From contig OZ242374.1 in the NCBI GenBank assembly GCA_965209055.1, forward strand, positions 4,352,001 to 4,416,000: DNA of 64,000 nt, given 5' to 3'. Origin of the DNA: Acidobacteriota bacterium (lineage in GTDB: Bacteria; Acidobacteriota; UBA6911; RPQK01; JAJDTT01). The stretch's first letter is position 1; each line of letters begins with the position of its first letter. The position numbers were made by a program, and so were the translations under genes. This document shows, in pieces, positions 1-9,089 of this stretch. The notes under the pieces are model-generated. The model had not been told where the DNA came from and did not search any database. It saw only the letters and a list, made by a program, of their open reading frames with translations.

Positions 1-2484
1 GAAGATCGCGTCCCGGTCGGCTCCACCGGCACCGACTCCCGCAACCCCGATCTCGGTGTGGGCAAAACGCAGGAACCCACCGATGGGGCCATTGGCGATA
101 ACTTTCACCGACCCGGTTACCAGATTCCCCCGGCCATGGGTCGAGATCGTAAGCTCCGCCAGCGGGGCCACGTCCGTCTGAACCGTCAGGCCTCCGTCCC
201 GCTGGACCTGAAGCCCCGCGACCATGGCCACCACTGACGGGGGAGCAATGAGACCGCCTTCGCCATCGTAGAAATAGAGGGCAGGGCGGATCGAGTCTGA
301 AGCTACGTTCACGAGCACCAGGTCGGAAGCGATGGCCGCCCCGTTGGCGAAATGGGGGAAGTGCAGCTGCGTGTAATCCTGTGTCCGCGTCGGTGGAACG
401 GGAACCACCGGCAAGGTGGTGAAGACCTGGTTCCGGAAATCCATTTCCAGAGCCACGCCGGCGAATAGGGCATCCTCGGGCGCTCTGCACCGCACCGACC
501 CCACGAAGTTCCCCGTATTAGCCTGGGGGAACAACTCATCAATGAACTGGGCCGTCTGGCCGTTTCCAGCCAGGGGGAGATCCACTTCGCCAAGCACTTG
601 GCCCTTTTGGGTCAGTTGGCAGGTCACGGTCATGGGATCCTCTCCCAGGTTGCGAATCGCGGCTCCGGTATTGATGCCGGATTCGCGGCGGCGCGCGGGA
701 AAGATCGCATCATGTGTAGGAAACCCTGTTCCTACTCCGGCGACTCCGATATCAGGACTGTCGAAACGCAAGACTCCGCCCATCGGGCCGTCGGCCAGGA
801 CCCTCACGGAGCCGGTCACCACCGGCCCTCGTCCGTGGGTCGAGACCGTGAGTTCTCCAAGGGGTTCTATTTCCTTCCTTACGGTCAGGGCTCCGTCGGC
901 CCCGACGAACTGATCTTCGCAGATGTCCACCACGGATGCCGGGGCCATGAGGTCTCCCTCTCTGTCGAAAAAGTAGAGAGCCGGCTGGATGGGAGTGGCC
1001 GCGACATTCACGAACACCAAGTCGGAGCGAATGGCCGCCCCGTTGGCGAAATAGGGAAAGTCCAGGGAAAGCGGCGCCAGAACAGTCAGGGGTAGGAAGG
1101 GCCTGACCAACTCGTAACCGCTATGGTCTACAGGTTTCTCCGGAAACTGTGCAATCTCGACGGTAACTGGCGAGGCCGTTCCGGGCTGTCGAGATACCGA
1201 AAGAATGTTGCTGGTCTCTTGCCCGGTGGGAATCGTGAGGTGGAATGAATTCTCGTGAAACACGCCGCTGGTTACAGTTACTGGAAGATGGATCTCAAAG
1301 GGTGCGCCAGTATGCACTCTCGCCTGGAATCTGTCTGGATCGAACCATTCCAACGAAATGTTGATGGGTAGAGGAACTGCCAGGTTGTCATGAAGGGTGA
1401 GAATTTGCAAAGAGGGGAGGCCAGAGAAGATCTTTTCCGGCAGACTGGTTAGTTGGTTGCCATCTAGGCCGAGGTATTTTAGCGAGGAGAGGCTGGAGAG
1501 GACCCCCGCCGGCAGACTGGTTAATTGGTTGTCTCTAAGCTGGAGGCTTTCGAGCGAGGAGAGGCCGGAGAGGACCCCTTCCGACAGATTGGTTAACTGA
1601 TTGTCTCTTAGCCCGAGGTATTTTAGCGAGGAAAGGCCGGAGAAAACCCCCGCCGGCAGACTGGTTAATTGGTTGTCTCTAAGCTGGAGGCTTTCGAGCG
1701 AGGAGAGGCCGGAGAGGACCCCCGCCGACAGACTGGTCAGCTGGTTCCCACCTATCCGGAGGGACCTTAACGAGGAGAGGCCGGAGAAAACCCCCGCCGA
1801 CAGACTGGTCAGCTGGTTCCCACCTATTCGGAGAAACGTTAACGAGGAAAGGCCGGAGAAAACCCCCGCCGGCAGACTGATCAGTTGGTTCCCAGCTAGC
1901 CCGAGGGACGCTAACGACAGGAGACCGGAAAAGACTCCCGCCGGCAGACTGGTCAATTGGTTGGCATCTAGTCCAAGGTATTCCAACGAGGAGAGGCCGG
2001 AGAAGACCTCCGCCGGCAGACTGGTCAGGTGCGAGTAATCCATGTTGAGGGTTCTTAACGAGGAGAGGCCGGAGAAAACCCCCGCCGGCAGACTGGTCAG
2101 TGGGGTCCTGTCCAAGTAGAGGGTCGTTACTGACGAAAGCCCAGAAAAATCGCCGGCTCTCAACTCTTCCACCTGCGGAGGGGACCGCCGCAGGCGGGTG
2201 GGTTCGATGCCGAGAGGGGGCAAAAAATAAAACCAACCGGAGTGAAAAAACTCGCCCTCAATCGCAGCCAGATGAGCATCGGTCACATCGGCGCAATCGG
2301 TGACTTCTGGCACGAGCTTCACGATCTCGTCGCGCACCTCTGGGGTCCGGTCACAGACGGGGACGATTTGCGCTACGGCCGGCTCTGACGCGGCCAGCAG
2401 GCCCAAGCTCAAGGTGACGGACAGCAGCGATCCTCTGACTCGCCGCCGGCAAAGATGCGGGATCTTCGGAAAGTGGACAGACAT
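1..2484 (-). CDS. Secreted leucine-rich-repeat surface protein, paralog A (runs off the left edge; missing from the ORF track)
   Basis: ATG at 2484; manual translation MSVHFPKIPHLCRRRVRGSLLSVTLSLGLLAASEPAVAQIVPVCDRTPEVRDEI..., 11 LRR units, then the same C-terminal domains as 2894..5545. Position 1 aligns in frame with 3206, so about 312 bp of the gene should lie outside the window. Confidence 0.9.
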   Translation of the reverse strand, partial: MSVHFPKIPHLCRRRVRGSLLSVTLSLGLLAASEPAVAQIVPVCDRTPEVRDEIVKLVPEVTDCADVTDAHLAAIEGEFFHSGWFYFLPPLGIEPTRLRRSPPQVEELRAGDFSGLSSVTTLYLDRTPLTSLPAGVFSGLSSLRTLNMDYSHLTSLPAEVFSGLSSLEYLGLDANQLTSLPAGVFSGLLSLASLGLAGNQLISLPAGVFSGLSSLTFLRIGGNQLTSLSAGVFSGLSSLRSLRIGGNQLTSLSAGVLSGLSSLESLQLRDNQLTSLPAGVFSGLSSLKYLGLRDNQLTNLSEGVLSGLSSLESLQLRDNQLTSLPAGVLSSLSSLKYLGLDGNQLTSLPEKIFSGLPSLQILTLHDNLAVPLPINISLEWFDPDRFQARVHTGAPFEIHLPVTVTSGVFHENSFHLTIPTGQETSNILSVSRQPGTASPVTVEIAQFPEKPVDHSGYELVRPFLPLTVLAPLSLDFPYFANGAAIRSDLVFVNVAATPIQPALYFFDREGDLMAPASVVDICEDQFVGADGALTVRKEIEPLGELTVSTHGRGPVVTGSVRVLADGPMGGVLRFDSPDIGVAGVGTGFPTHDAIFPARRRESGINTGAAIRNLGEDPMTVTCQLTQKGQVLGEVDLPLAGNGQTAQFIDELFPQANTGNFVGSVRCRAPEDALFAGVALEMDFRNQVFTTLPVVPVPPTRTQDYTQLHFPHFANGAAIASDLVLVNVASDSIRPALYFYDGEGGLIAPPSVVAMVAGLQVQRDGGLTVQTDVAPLAELTISTHGRGNLVTGSVKVIANGPIGGFLRFAHTEIGVAGVGAGGADRDAIF
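1381..2163 (-). repeat. 72-bp tandem LRR-coding array of paralog A (1 partial + 10 full 24-aa units)
   Basis: Repeating GAGGAGAGGCCGGAGAA-ACCCCCGCCGGCAGACTGGTCAG motif with 72-bp period; consensus LTSLPAGVFSGLSSLxxLxLxxNQ. Confidence 0.95.
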
Positions 2485-2519
2485 CGGAATGGTTCCTCCG
2501 GGTAGACGGTAGCACCGGC

Positions 2520-2697
2520 AACAATATTCAGGGATGCAGAGGGGCTCCTGCTGGCCGAATTCTAGACCGGACCGCCGACGCGGCGGATGGGAGTCGGACC
2601 TCGTTTTCACCCACGGGAACTGACCGGATAGGCGAAGAAAGGGAGGCGTTTGAAGCGGACACTCAGGCCGTCAGGGCCGTGTCTTAGACTACGATAA
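2520..2697 (-). promoter_or_regulatory. Conserved upstream region of LRR paralog A (blocks 2520-2570 and 2670-2697)
   Basis: The blocks match 5582-5632 (49/51) and 5743-5770 (27/28); the spacer between them is diverged. Confidence 0.6.
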
Positions 2698-2893
2698 GTG
2701 GATCTTATCGGACCCTGATCCCTCTCGGGGGCCTCTGACCAACTTCTCCTAGGCCGAATTTCCAGGCAGGTCGGCGCTGATTCACGCGCCCCGAGAGAAC
2801 CGGACAAACCCTCCTCTTTCCCGCAGGGACTCCGATAATTTCAGTGAACGGACGTTCCCCAGAGCATCGCCGGCGCCCGCTATTCTCAGCAGG

Positions 2894-5545
2894 TCAACGC
2901 CGGACCGGCACCACCGGCAAGGTCGTGAAGATGCGATTGTCGGCGTCCATCTCCAAGGCCAGTCCGGTGAACCTCCCGTCCTCTGGCGCGGTGCAGCGCA
3001 TGGACCCCACGAAGCCGGAGGTGACGGTCTGGGGAAACAACTCGTGGATGAACTGAGCCGTCTGTCCATTGCCGGCCAAGGGGATTTGCTTCTCCCCCAG
3101 ACCCCGGCCGCCTTGCATCAGTTGGCAGGTGATGTCGATGGCGTCCTGTTTCAGGTTATGGAGGGCCATCCCCGTGCGGACTCCTAGTGCCTGGTGTTGA
3201 GCCGGGAAGATCGCGTCCTGGACCGCGCCGCCGGCGCCGACTCCCGCAACCCCGATCTTGGAGTGGGCAAACCGCAGGAATCCCCCGATGGGACCATTGG
3301 CGATGACTTTCACCGATCCCGTCACTAGATCCCCCCGTCCATGGGTCGAGATCGTGAGTTCCGCGAGCGGGACCACGTCCGTCTGAACGGTCAGGGATCC
3401 GTCCCCCTGGACCTCAAGCCCCGCGACCATGTCCACCACTGACGGGGGTGCAATGAGACCGCCTTCGCCATCGTAGAAATAGAGGGCAGGGCGGATCGAG
3501 TCCGAAGCCACGTTCACGAGCACCAGGTCGGAAGTGATGGACGCCCCGTTGGCGAAATGGGGGAAGTGCAGCTGCGTGTAATCCTGTGTCCGCGTCGGTG
3601 GAACGGGAACCACCGGCAAGGTGGTGAAGATCTGGTTCCGGAAATCCATTTCCAGGGCCACGCCGGCGAACAGGGCATCCTCTGGCGCCCTGCAGCGCAC
3701 CGATCCCACGAAGTTCCCCGTATCGGCCTCGGGGAACAACTCATCAATGAACAGGGCCGTCTGGCCATTACCGGCCAGGGGGAGATCCACTTCGCCAAGC
3801 ACCTGGCCCTTTTGGGTCAGTTGACAGCTCACGGTCATGGGATCCTCTCCCAGGTTGCGAATCGCGGCTCCGGTGTTGATTCCGGATTCGCGGCGGCGCG
3901 CGGGGAAGATCGCCTCCTGTGAAGGGAACCCTGTTCCCACTCCGGCAACTCCGATATCCGGACTGTCGAAGCGCAAGACTCCGCCCATCGGCCCATCGGC
4001 CAGGACCCTTACCGAGCCGGTCACCACCGCCCCTCGTCCGTGGGTCGAGACCGTAAGTTCTCCCAGGGGTTCTATTTCCTTCCTTACGGTCAGGGCTCCA
4101 TCGGCCCCGACCAACTGGTCTTCCCCGATGTCCACCACCGATGCCGGAGCCATGAGGTCTCCCTCCCGGTCGAAAAAGTAGAGGGCCGGCTGGATGGGGG
4201 TGGCCGCGACATTCACGAACACCAGGTCGGAAGTGATGGACGCCCCGTTGGCGAAATGGGGGAAGTCCACGGAAAGCGGAGCCAGGACTGTCAGGGGCAG
4301 GGCGTCTTTGACAAGCGCGTATCCGCTATGCCTTGGAGGGGTCTCCGGAAACTGCTCGATTTCGACGGTGACCGGAGCGGTCGTTCCAGGCTGTCGAGCT
4401 ACCGAAACAACGTCACCAGTCTCTCGCCCTGCGGGAATCGTGAGATGGGAGGAATTCTCGTGAAACACGCCGTTGGATACGGTAATCGGAAGACGAATCT
4501 CAAAGGGTGCGCCAGTATGCACTCTGGCCTGGAATCGGCCGGGATCAACCCATTCCAACGAAACGTTGATGGGTAGAGGAACTGCTGGGTTGTCATGAAG
4601 GGTGAGAACTTTCAGCGAGGGGAGGCCAGAGAAGACTCCCGCCGGCAGACTAGTCAATTGGTTGCCACGTAGCCGGAGGAATTCTAACGAGAGAAGGCCG
4701 GAGAAGACTCCCGCCGGCAGGCTGGTCAGTTGGTTGTCACGTAGCCAGAGGGACTTTAGCGAGGGGAGGCCAGAGAAGACCCTCTCCGGCAAGCTGGTCA
4801 GTTGGTTGGCATGTAGCCCGAGGGATTCTAACGAGGGGAGGCCAGAGAAGACCCTCTCCGGCAAGCTGGTCAGTTGGTTGGCACCTAGCCCGAGGAACTC
4901 CAGCGAGGGGAGGCCAGAGAAGACCCTCTCCGGCAAGCTGGTCAGTTGGTTGGCATGTAGCCCGAGGGATTCTAACGAGGGGAGGCCGGAGAAGACTCCC
5001 GCCGGCAGGCTGGTCAGTTGCGAGTATTCCAGATCGAGGGTTCTTAACGAGGAGAGGCCGGAGAAGACCCCCGCCGGAACAGTGATCAGTTGGGAATTAG
5101 ACCATACGAGGAACTCCAGAGAGGAGAGGCCGGAGAAGACTCCCGCCGGAACAGTGGTCAGTGGAGTCCTGTCCAAGTAGAGGGTCGTTACTGACGAAAG
5201 CCCAGAAAAATCGCCGACCGCCAACTCTTCTACCTGTGGAGGGGGTAACCGCTTGCGGGCGGGTTCGACAAGGAGAGGAGGCATAGTGTAACTCCATCCG
5301 CCGTGAAAAAACTCGCCCTCAATCGCAGCCAGATGAGCATCGGTCACATCGGCGCAATCGCTGACTTCTGGTACGAGCTTCACAATCTCGTCGCGCACCT
5401 CCGGGGTCCGGTCGCAGACGGGGACGATCTGCGCGGCGACTGGCTCTGACGCGGCCAGCAGGCCCAAACTCAAGGTGACGATCAGCAGCGAGCCTCTGAA
5501 TCGCTGCCGGCAAAGACGCGGGATCTTCGGGAAGGGGACTGACAT
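2894..5545 (-). CDS. Secreted leucine-rich-repeat surface protein, paralog B (883 aa): signal peptide, 2-Cys N-cap, 9 LRR units, linker, two copies of a ~225-aa C-terminal domain
   Basis: ORF track: hydrophobic N-terminus ending VAA-Q; VCDRTPEVRD...DCADVTDAHLAAI cap; LTSLPxxVFSGLxSL repeats; duplicated FPHFANGASITSDLV...FTTLPVVPV. Confidence 0.92.
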   Translation of the reverse strand: MSVPFPKIPRLCRQRFRGSLLIVTLSLGLLAASEPVAAQIVPVCDRTPEVRDEIVKLVPEVSDCADVTDAHLAAIEGEFFHGGWSYTMPPLLVEPARKRLPPPQVEELAVGDFSGLSSVTTLYLDRTPLTTVPAGVFSGLSSLEFLVWSNSQLITVPAGVFSGLSSLRTLDLEYSQLTSLPAGVFSGLPSLESLGLHANQLTSLPERVFSGLPSLEFLGLGANQLTSLPERVFSGLPSLESLGLHANQLTSLPERVFSGLPSLKSLWLRDNQLTSLPAGVFSGLLSLEFLRLRGNQLTSLPAGVFSGLPSLKVLTLHDNPAVPLPINVSLEWVDPGRFQARVHTGAPFEIRLPITVSNGVFHENSSHLTIPAGRETGDVVSVARQPGTTAPVTVEIEQFPETPPRHSGYALVKDALPLTVLAPLSVDFPHFANGASITSDLVFVNVAATPIQPALYFFDREGDLMAPASVVDIGEDQLVGADGALTVRKEIEPLGELTVSTHGRGAVVTGSVRVLADGPMGGVLRFDSPDIGVAGVGTGFPSQEAIFPARRRESGINTGAAIRNLGEDPMTVSCQLTQKGQVLGEVDLPLAGNGQTALFIDELFPEADTGNFVGSVRCRAPEDALFAGVALEMDFRNQIFTTLPVVPVPPTRTQDYTQLHFPHFANGASITSDLVLVNVASDSIRPALYFYDGEGGLIAPPSVVDMVAGLEVQGDGSLTVQTDVVPLAELTISTHGRGDLVTGSVKVIANGPIGGFLRFAHSKIGVAGVGAGGAVQDAIFPAQHQALGVRTGMALHNLKQDAIDITCQLMQGGRGLGEKQIPLAGNGQTAQFIHELFPQTVTSGFVGSMRCTAPEDGRFTGLALEMDADNRIFTTLPVVPVRR
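4586..5224 (-). repeat. 72-bp tandem LRR-coding array of paralog B (1 partial + 8 full units)
   Basis: 72-bp periodic repeats; near-identical units LESLGLHANQLTSLPERVFSGLPS recur at a 144-bp offset. Confidence 0.95.
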
Positions 5546-5581
5546 CTGAATGGGTCCTCACAGGTGGACGATAGCGGCGCT

Positions 5582-5777
5582 AACAATATTCAGGGATGCA
5601 GAGGGGCTCGTGCTGGCCGAAGTCTAGACCGGGCCACCGACCTCGACGGTGTGGACGCTGGCCTCGTTTTTGACCCAAATGGACTCATCGGGTCGGAGAA
5701 GAAGGGGAGGGTTCAGAGCGGCTCGGAGCGGAAAATCAGAAGGTCAGGGCCGCGTCTTAGACTACGATAAAGTCTAA
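5582..5777 (-). promoter_or_regulatory. Conserved upstream region of LRR paralog B, ending in the palindrome TTAGACT-N7-AGTCTAA (5757-5777)
   Basis: Homologous to 2520-2697; inverted repeat read directly. Confidence 0.55.
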
Positions 5778-5967
5778 TATACGTATCTTCTATGAGCGCC
5801 TGGGAGTTCGTCCCGAAAAACCCCGATTCGCTTTCTGCAACGGACCTCAAAGGAGCCTTCCCGGCGGAAACGCGTTGGTCCTCGGTTGCATACGCCCGGT
5901 ATGCTCAGAGCGCCTTGTCCGGCGGGCGCAGCCCCGGGGCGTTGCGTGGGACTTTCGCCACGGACTG

Positions 5968-6462
5968 CTAACCCCGTCTTTTTTCCGCGCTTCCGCGACT
6001 GAGTGACAGGCACCCCGTACGGTGCACGTCGCGCACACCGTACACCCGCATGTTCTGGAGAAATCCGTTGATCTTCTCCGAGTTTCCCGTGACCTCGAAT
6101 ACACAGCTCTGAGGACTGGCGTCGACGACGCGCGCCCGAAACACCTTGGAGAACTCCAGGATCTCCGACCGGGTGGATTCCGTGACACGCACCCGGATCA
6201 GCGCCATCTCGCGAGCCATATGGACCTGCGGATTGTATGGGATCACCTTGATGACATCGATCAGCTTGTTCAACTGCTTGATGACCTGCTCCGTGCCCGC
6301 CACATCCGTCTTCGTGGAAAGGGTGATGAGGGAGATGGTGGGGTCGGAGGTCGGAGCGACGTTCAGAGTCTCAATATTGTAGCCCCGCTGGCTGAACAGC
6401 CCCACAACCCGGGCCAGGACACCCGATCTGTTTTCGACCAGTAACGAAAGCAACTGAACCAT
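5968..6462 (-). CDS. ilvH: Acetolactate synthase small regulatory subunit (IlvH/IlvN)
   Basis: MVQLLSLLVENRSGVLARVVGLFSQRGYNIETLNVAPT ACT domain, EQVIKQLNKLIDVIKV, REMALIRV; start reassigned to ATG 6462. Confidence 0.93.
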   Translation of the reverse strand: MVQLLSLLVENRSGVLARVVGLFSQRGYNIETLNVAPTSDPTISLITLSTKTDVAGTEQVIKQLNKLIDVIKVIPYNPQVHMAREMALIRVRVTESTRSEILEFSKVFRARVVDASPQSCVFEVTGNSEKINGFLQNMRVYGVRDVHRTGCLSLSRGSAEKRRG

Positions 6463-6598
6463 AGCGTGTCCCGTATAAGCACTTTGGCCCCCGGAGTCAA
6501 GGCAGGAGCGACTCCCGACCGATCCGTCACTGTCCCTGGAACGCCCTGCCGCGGGAACCGAAAGGGCATCATCGCAGGGCGCGTCCCCGGGAACGAAT

Positions 6599-9085
6599 AT
6601 GGCAGAATGGCCGGAAATGGCCACGACGACCCGTGCGCAGGCCTGGGAAACCTATTCGGCTCGGCGACGCCTCGTCGAGCAATCGTTTCGGTCGGACCTC
6701 TGTCCCGAGGCGGCGCTGGAGGACCTGACCCGGGCCATGGACACCCTGGTCTCCCAAGTCGCTCAGCGACACCTTCAATCCGGTTTGTTTTGCATCCTCG
6801 CCTTGGGCGGATACGGCCGCCGCGAGATGTTCCCCCACTCGGACGTGGATCTGCTGCTGTTGTTCCGGGGGGAAGATCAGGAAGCCGCCGAGGAGGCCAT
6901 CAAACGCCTGCTCCACGACTTGTGGGACCTCCGCCTGGACCTGGGGCATCAAGTCTGGTCGCTGGAGGAATTGACGGCCCAGGGCCCGGACCTGGAGTTG
7001 GCCCTGTCACTGTCGGATGCTCGCATCGTAACTGGTAGCGCGGCATTGGGAAATCTCCTTCTCCGCGACTTTCTTCCCGGTTGGCATCGAGGAGAGACCG
7101 AGGAACTTCGTCTTGGAATCGACCACCTGACCCGTCAGCGCCATGAGAATTTCCAGAACACCATCTTCCATCTGGAGCCGGACCTGAAGGAGGGCCCGGG
7201 CGGACTCCGGGATGTCCTGGCGGGCGGATGGCTGTCGAAGCTCCGGCGGGAGGGACAATTCGTCCCGTACAGCCAAGAGCGCATCGATGCCGCGTCCAGT
7301 TTCATGAAGCGGATGCGCATGCTGGTCCACCTGGTGCGCGGGCGAAATCTGAACCGCCTGACGTATCGGCTTCAGGAAAAAATCGCTCCTCTGGCCGGAT
7401 ACGAATCCGAAGACGATCGGATGGGCGTCGAGTCCATGATGCAGGAGTACTATCTCAATGCACGGGTCATCCACGGGTGTTGCCGCTACGGGCTGGTCCC
7501 CAGGAGACCGGTGGACCCGTCGACTCAGATCCACCTGGACGGAGTCTCTTCGGAACGGGCCGGCCCCATCATCCTCAAAGTTTTTCGCGACTCCATGACC
7601 CGGTCAAAACCGTTGAGCGACGGGGCCCGCATGTCGATTGCCCGTGGCAGTTCCGAGTTGGCCGCCAGCTTGCGCCTCCATCCCCAACCGGGATCGATCA
7701 TGGAACTCTTCCATCCCCGGCCCGGCCTCTACCGGGCCCTGACCGAAATGTACGAACTGGGGGTCCTCGAGGCTCTCTTTCCCGAGTTCGGCGGCATCAA
7801 GGCCAAGGTCACGCGCGATTTCTACCATCAGTACACCGTTGACGAGCACAGCCTCATGGCCATACGCAATATTGAGGAATTGAGGGCAGGGAATTCCGGC
7901 GGGGATGCCCGGTTCGCGGCCCTGCTCGACGAGGCGACCCACCCGGAACTGTTGACTCTGGCCCTTCTACTGCACGACGTGGGTAAGAGCCGCGAAGGAC
8001 ATCACGCCGACCGAAGCACGCGAATGGCGGGCGCGGCGCTGCGGCGCCTGTGCTTTCCCGCGGAATGCATCGAGGCCGTCTCGTTTCTGATCCAACAACA
8101 TCTGTCCATGACCAGAGTCATATTCCGGAGGGATCTGGAGGACCCGAGGGTGATCGACCGCTTCGCCGACCGCGTCGGCGATCCCGATCGGCTCCGGCTC
8201 CTTTGTCTTCTCACCTACGCGGACATCAAGGCCGTCGGGCCCGGAGTGCTCAAGGATTGGACCAAGGATCTCCTCTGGCAACTGTATGTGTCCGCGTACC
8301 GGAAACTCACTCTGGGCTTTGGCGTGGACTCGGTGGAAGAAGAAACCCCGGACCTCCTCTTCAGAGATCTGCCCGGCGACCTCGATGCCCGGGATTTCGG
8401 AAGGTTCCTCGAGGGACTTCCTCTCAGATACGTCAAGATCACCCCGCATTCCGAAATTTACGAGCATTATCGCCTGGCTAGAGGTCTGAGAACCGATCGG
8501 CCGGTGCGCTTGCGGCTGACCCGGGATCTCGACGGCTACAAGCTCTGTGTGGTGACTCCCGATCGCTTCCACCTGTTTGCCCGGATCGCCGGCGTCCTCG
8601 CCTCGTTCGGCATGAACATATTCCGCGGCTATGCCATGTCCAACCGGGCGGGTACGACTCTGGACCTGTTCCACTTCACCGACGTCCGCCGGCGTTTCGC
8701 CCTGAATCCCAGTGAGAAACAGACGTTTCAGGATTTGGTCAGCCGGGTGATTCGGGATGAACGTTCCGTAGAGACTTATTTCAAGGGCAACGGCAGGTTG
8801 GTGAACCCGCGCTTTTCGCCGGCGCGGTTTCGCCCCTCGGTCTACTTCGAGGATGAGCCCACACAGCGCTACACCATCATGGAACTCGTGGCTCCCGACG
8901 CCGTCGGCCTCCTCTACACCATCGCCGAGCGGATCTCGTCCCTTCGCTGCAACATCGATCTGGTCCTGATCAATACGGAGGGTGAGAGAGCCGTGGATGT
9001 CTTTTACTTGTCGCGGGATGGGTGTAGACTTGGGCCCGATCTACAGCAGGAACTGGAAGCTCAGATTCTTCAGGCGATAGGGTGA
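6599..9085 (+). CDS. glnD: PII uridylyltransferase/uridylyl-removing enzyme
   Basis: ALGGYGRREMFPHSDVDLL nucleotidyltransferase motif, LEPDLKEGPGGLRD, HQYTVDEH, LLHDVGK HD domain, two C-terminal ACT domains; adjacent to PII. Confidence 0.95.
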   Translation: MAEWPEMATTTRAQAWETYSARRRLVEQSFRSDLCPEAALEDLTRAMDTLVSQVAQRHLQSGLFCILALGGYGRREMFPHSDVDLLLLFRGEDQEAAEEAIKRLLHDLWDLRLDLGHQVWSLEELTAQGPDLELALSLSDARIVTGSAALGNLLLRDFLPGWHRGETEELRLGIDHLTRQRHENFQNTIFHLEPDLKEGPGGLRDVLAGGWLSKLRREGQFVPYSQERIDAASSFMKRMRMLVHLVRGRNLNRLTYRLQEKIAPLAGYESEDDRMGVESMMQEYYLNARVIHGCCRYGLVPRRPVDPSTQIHLDGVSSERAGPIILKVFRDSMTRSKPLSDGARMSIARGSSELAASLRLHPQPGSIMELFHPRPGLYRALTEMYELGVLEALFPEFGGIKAKVTRDFYHQYTVDEHSLMAIRNIEELRAGNSGGDARFAALLDEATHPELLTLALLLHDVGKSREGHHADRSTRMAGAALRRLCFPAECIEAVSFLIQQHLSMTRVIFRRDLEDPRVIDRFADRVGDPDRLRLLCLLTYADIKAVGPGVLKDWTKDLLWQLYVSAYRKLTLGFGVDSVEEETPDLLFRDLPGDLDARDFGRFLEGLPLRYVKITPHSEIYEHYRLARGLRTDRPVRLRLTRDLDGYKLCVVTPDRFHLFARIAGVLASFGMNIFRGYAMSNRAGTTLDLFHFTDVRRRFALNPSEKQTFQDLVSRVIRDERSVETYFKGNGRLVNPRFSPARFRPSVYFEDEPTQRYTIMELVAPDAVGLLYTIAERISSLRCNIDLVLINTEGERAVDVFYLSRDGCRLGPDLQQELEAQILQAIG

Positions 9086-9089
9086 GTCG

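Noticed and set aside
2687-2715. GACTACGATAA-GTGGATC-TTATCGG (and the 5760-5787 counterpart) as pdif-like Xer sites flanking LRR modules
   Set aside because: Only the ATAA/TTAT core resembles dif, the spacing is off and there is no recognisable XerD arm. Too weak to call, although homology does end at this point.
1381-5224. 72-bp repeats as a CRISPR array or a DGR template/variable repeat pair
   Set aside because: The units are in-frame LRR codons inside open genes; no cas or reverse transcriptase gene is present; differences are not confined to adenines.
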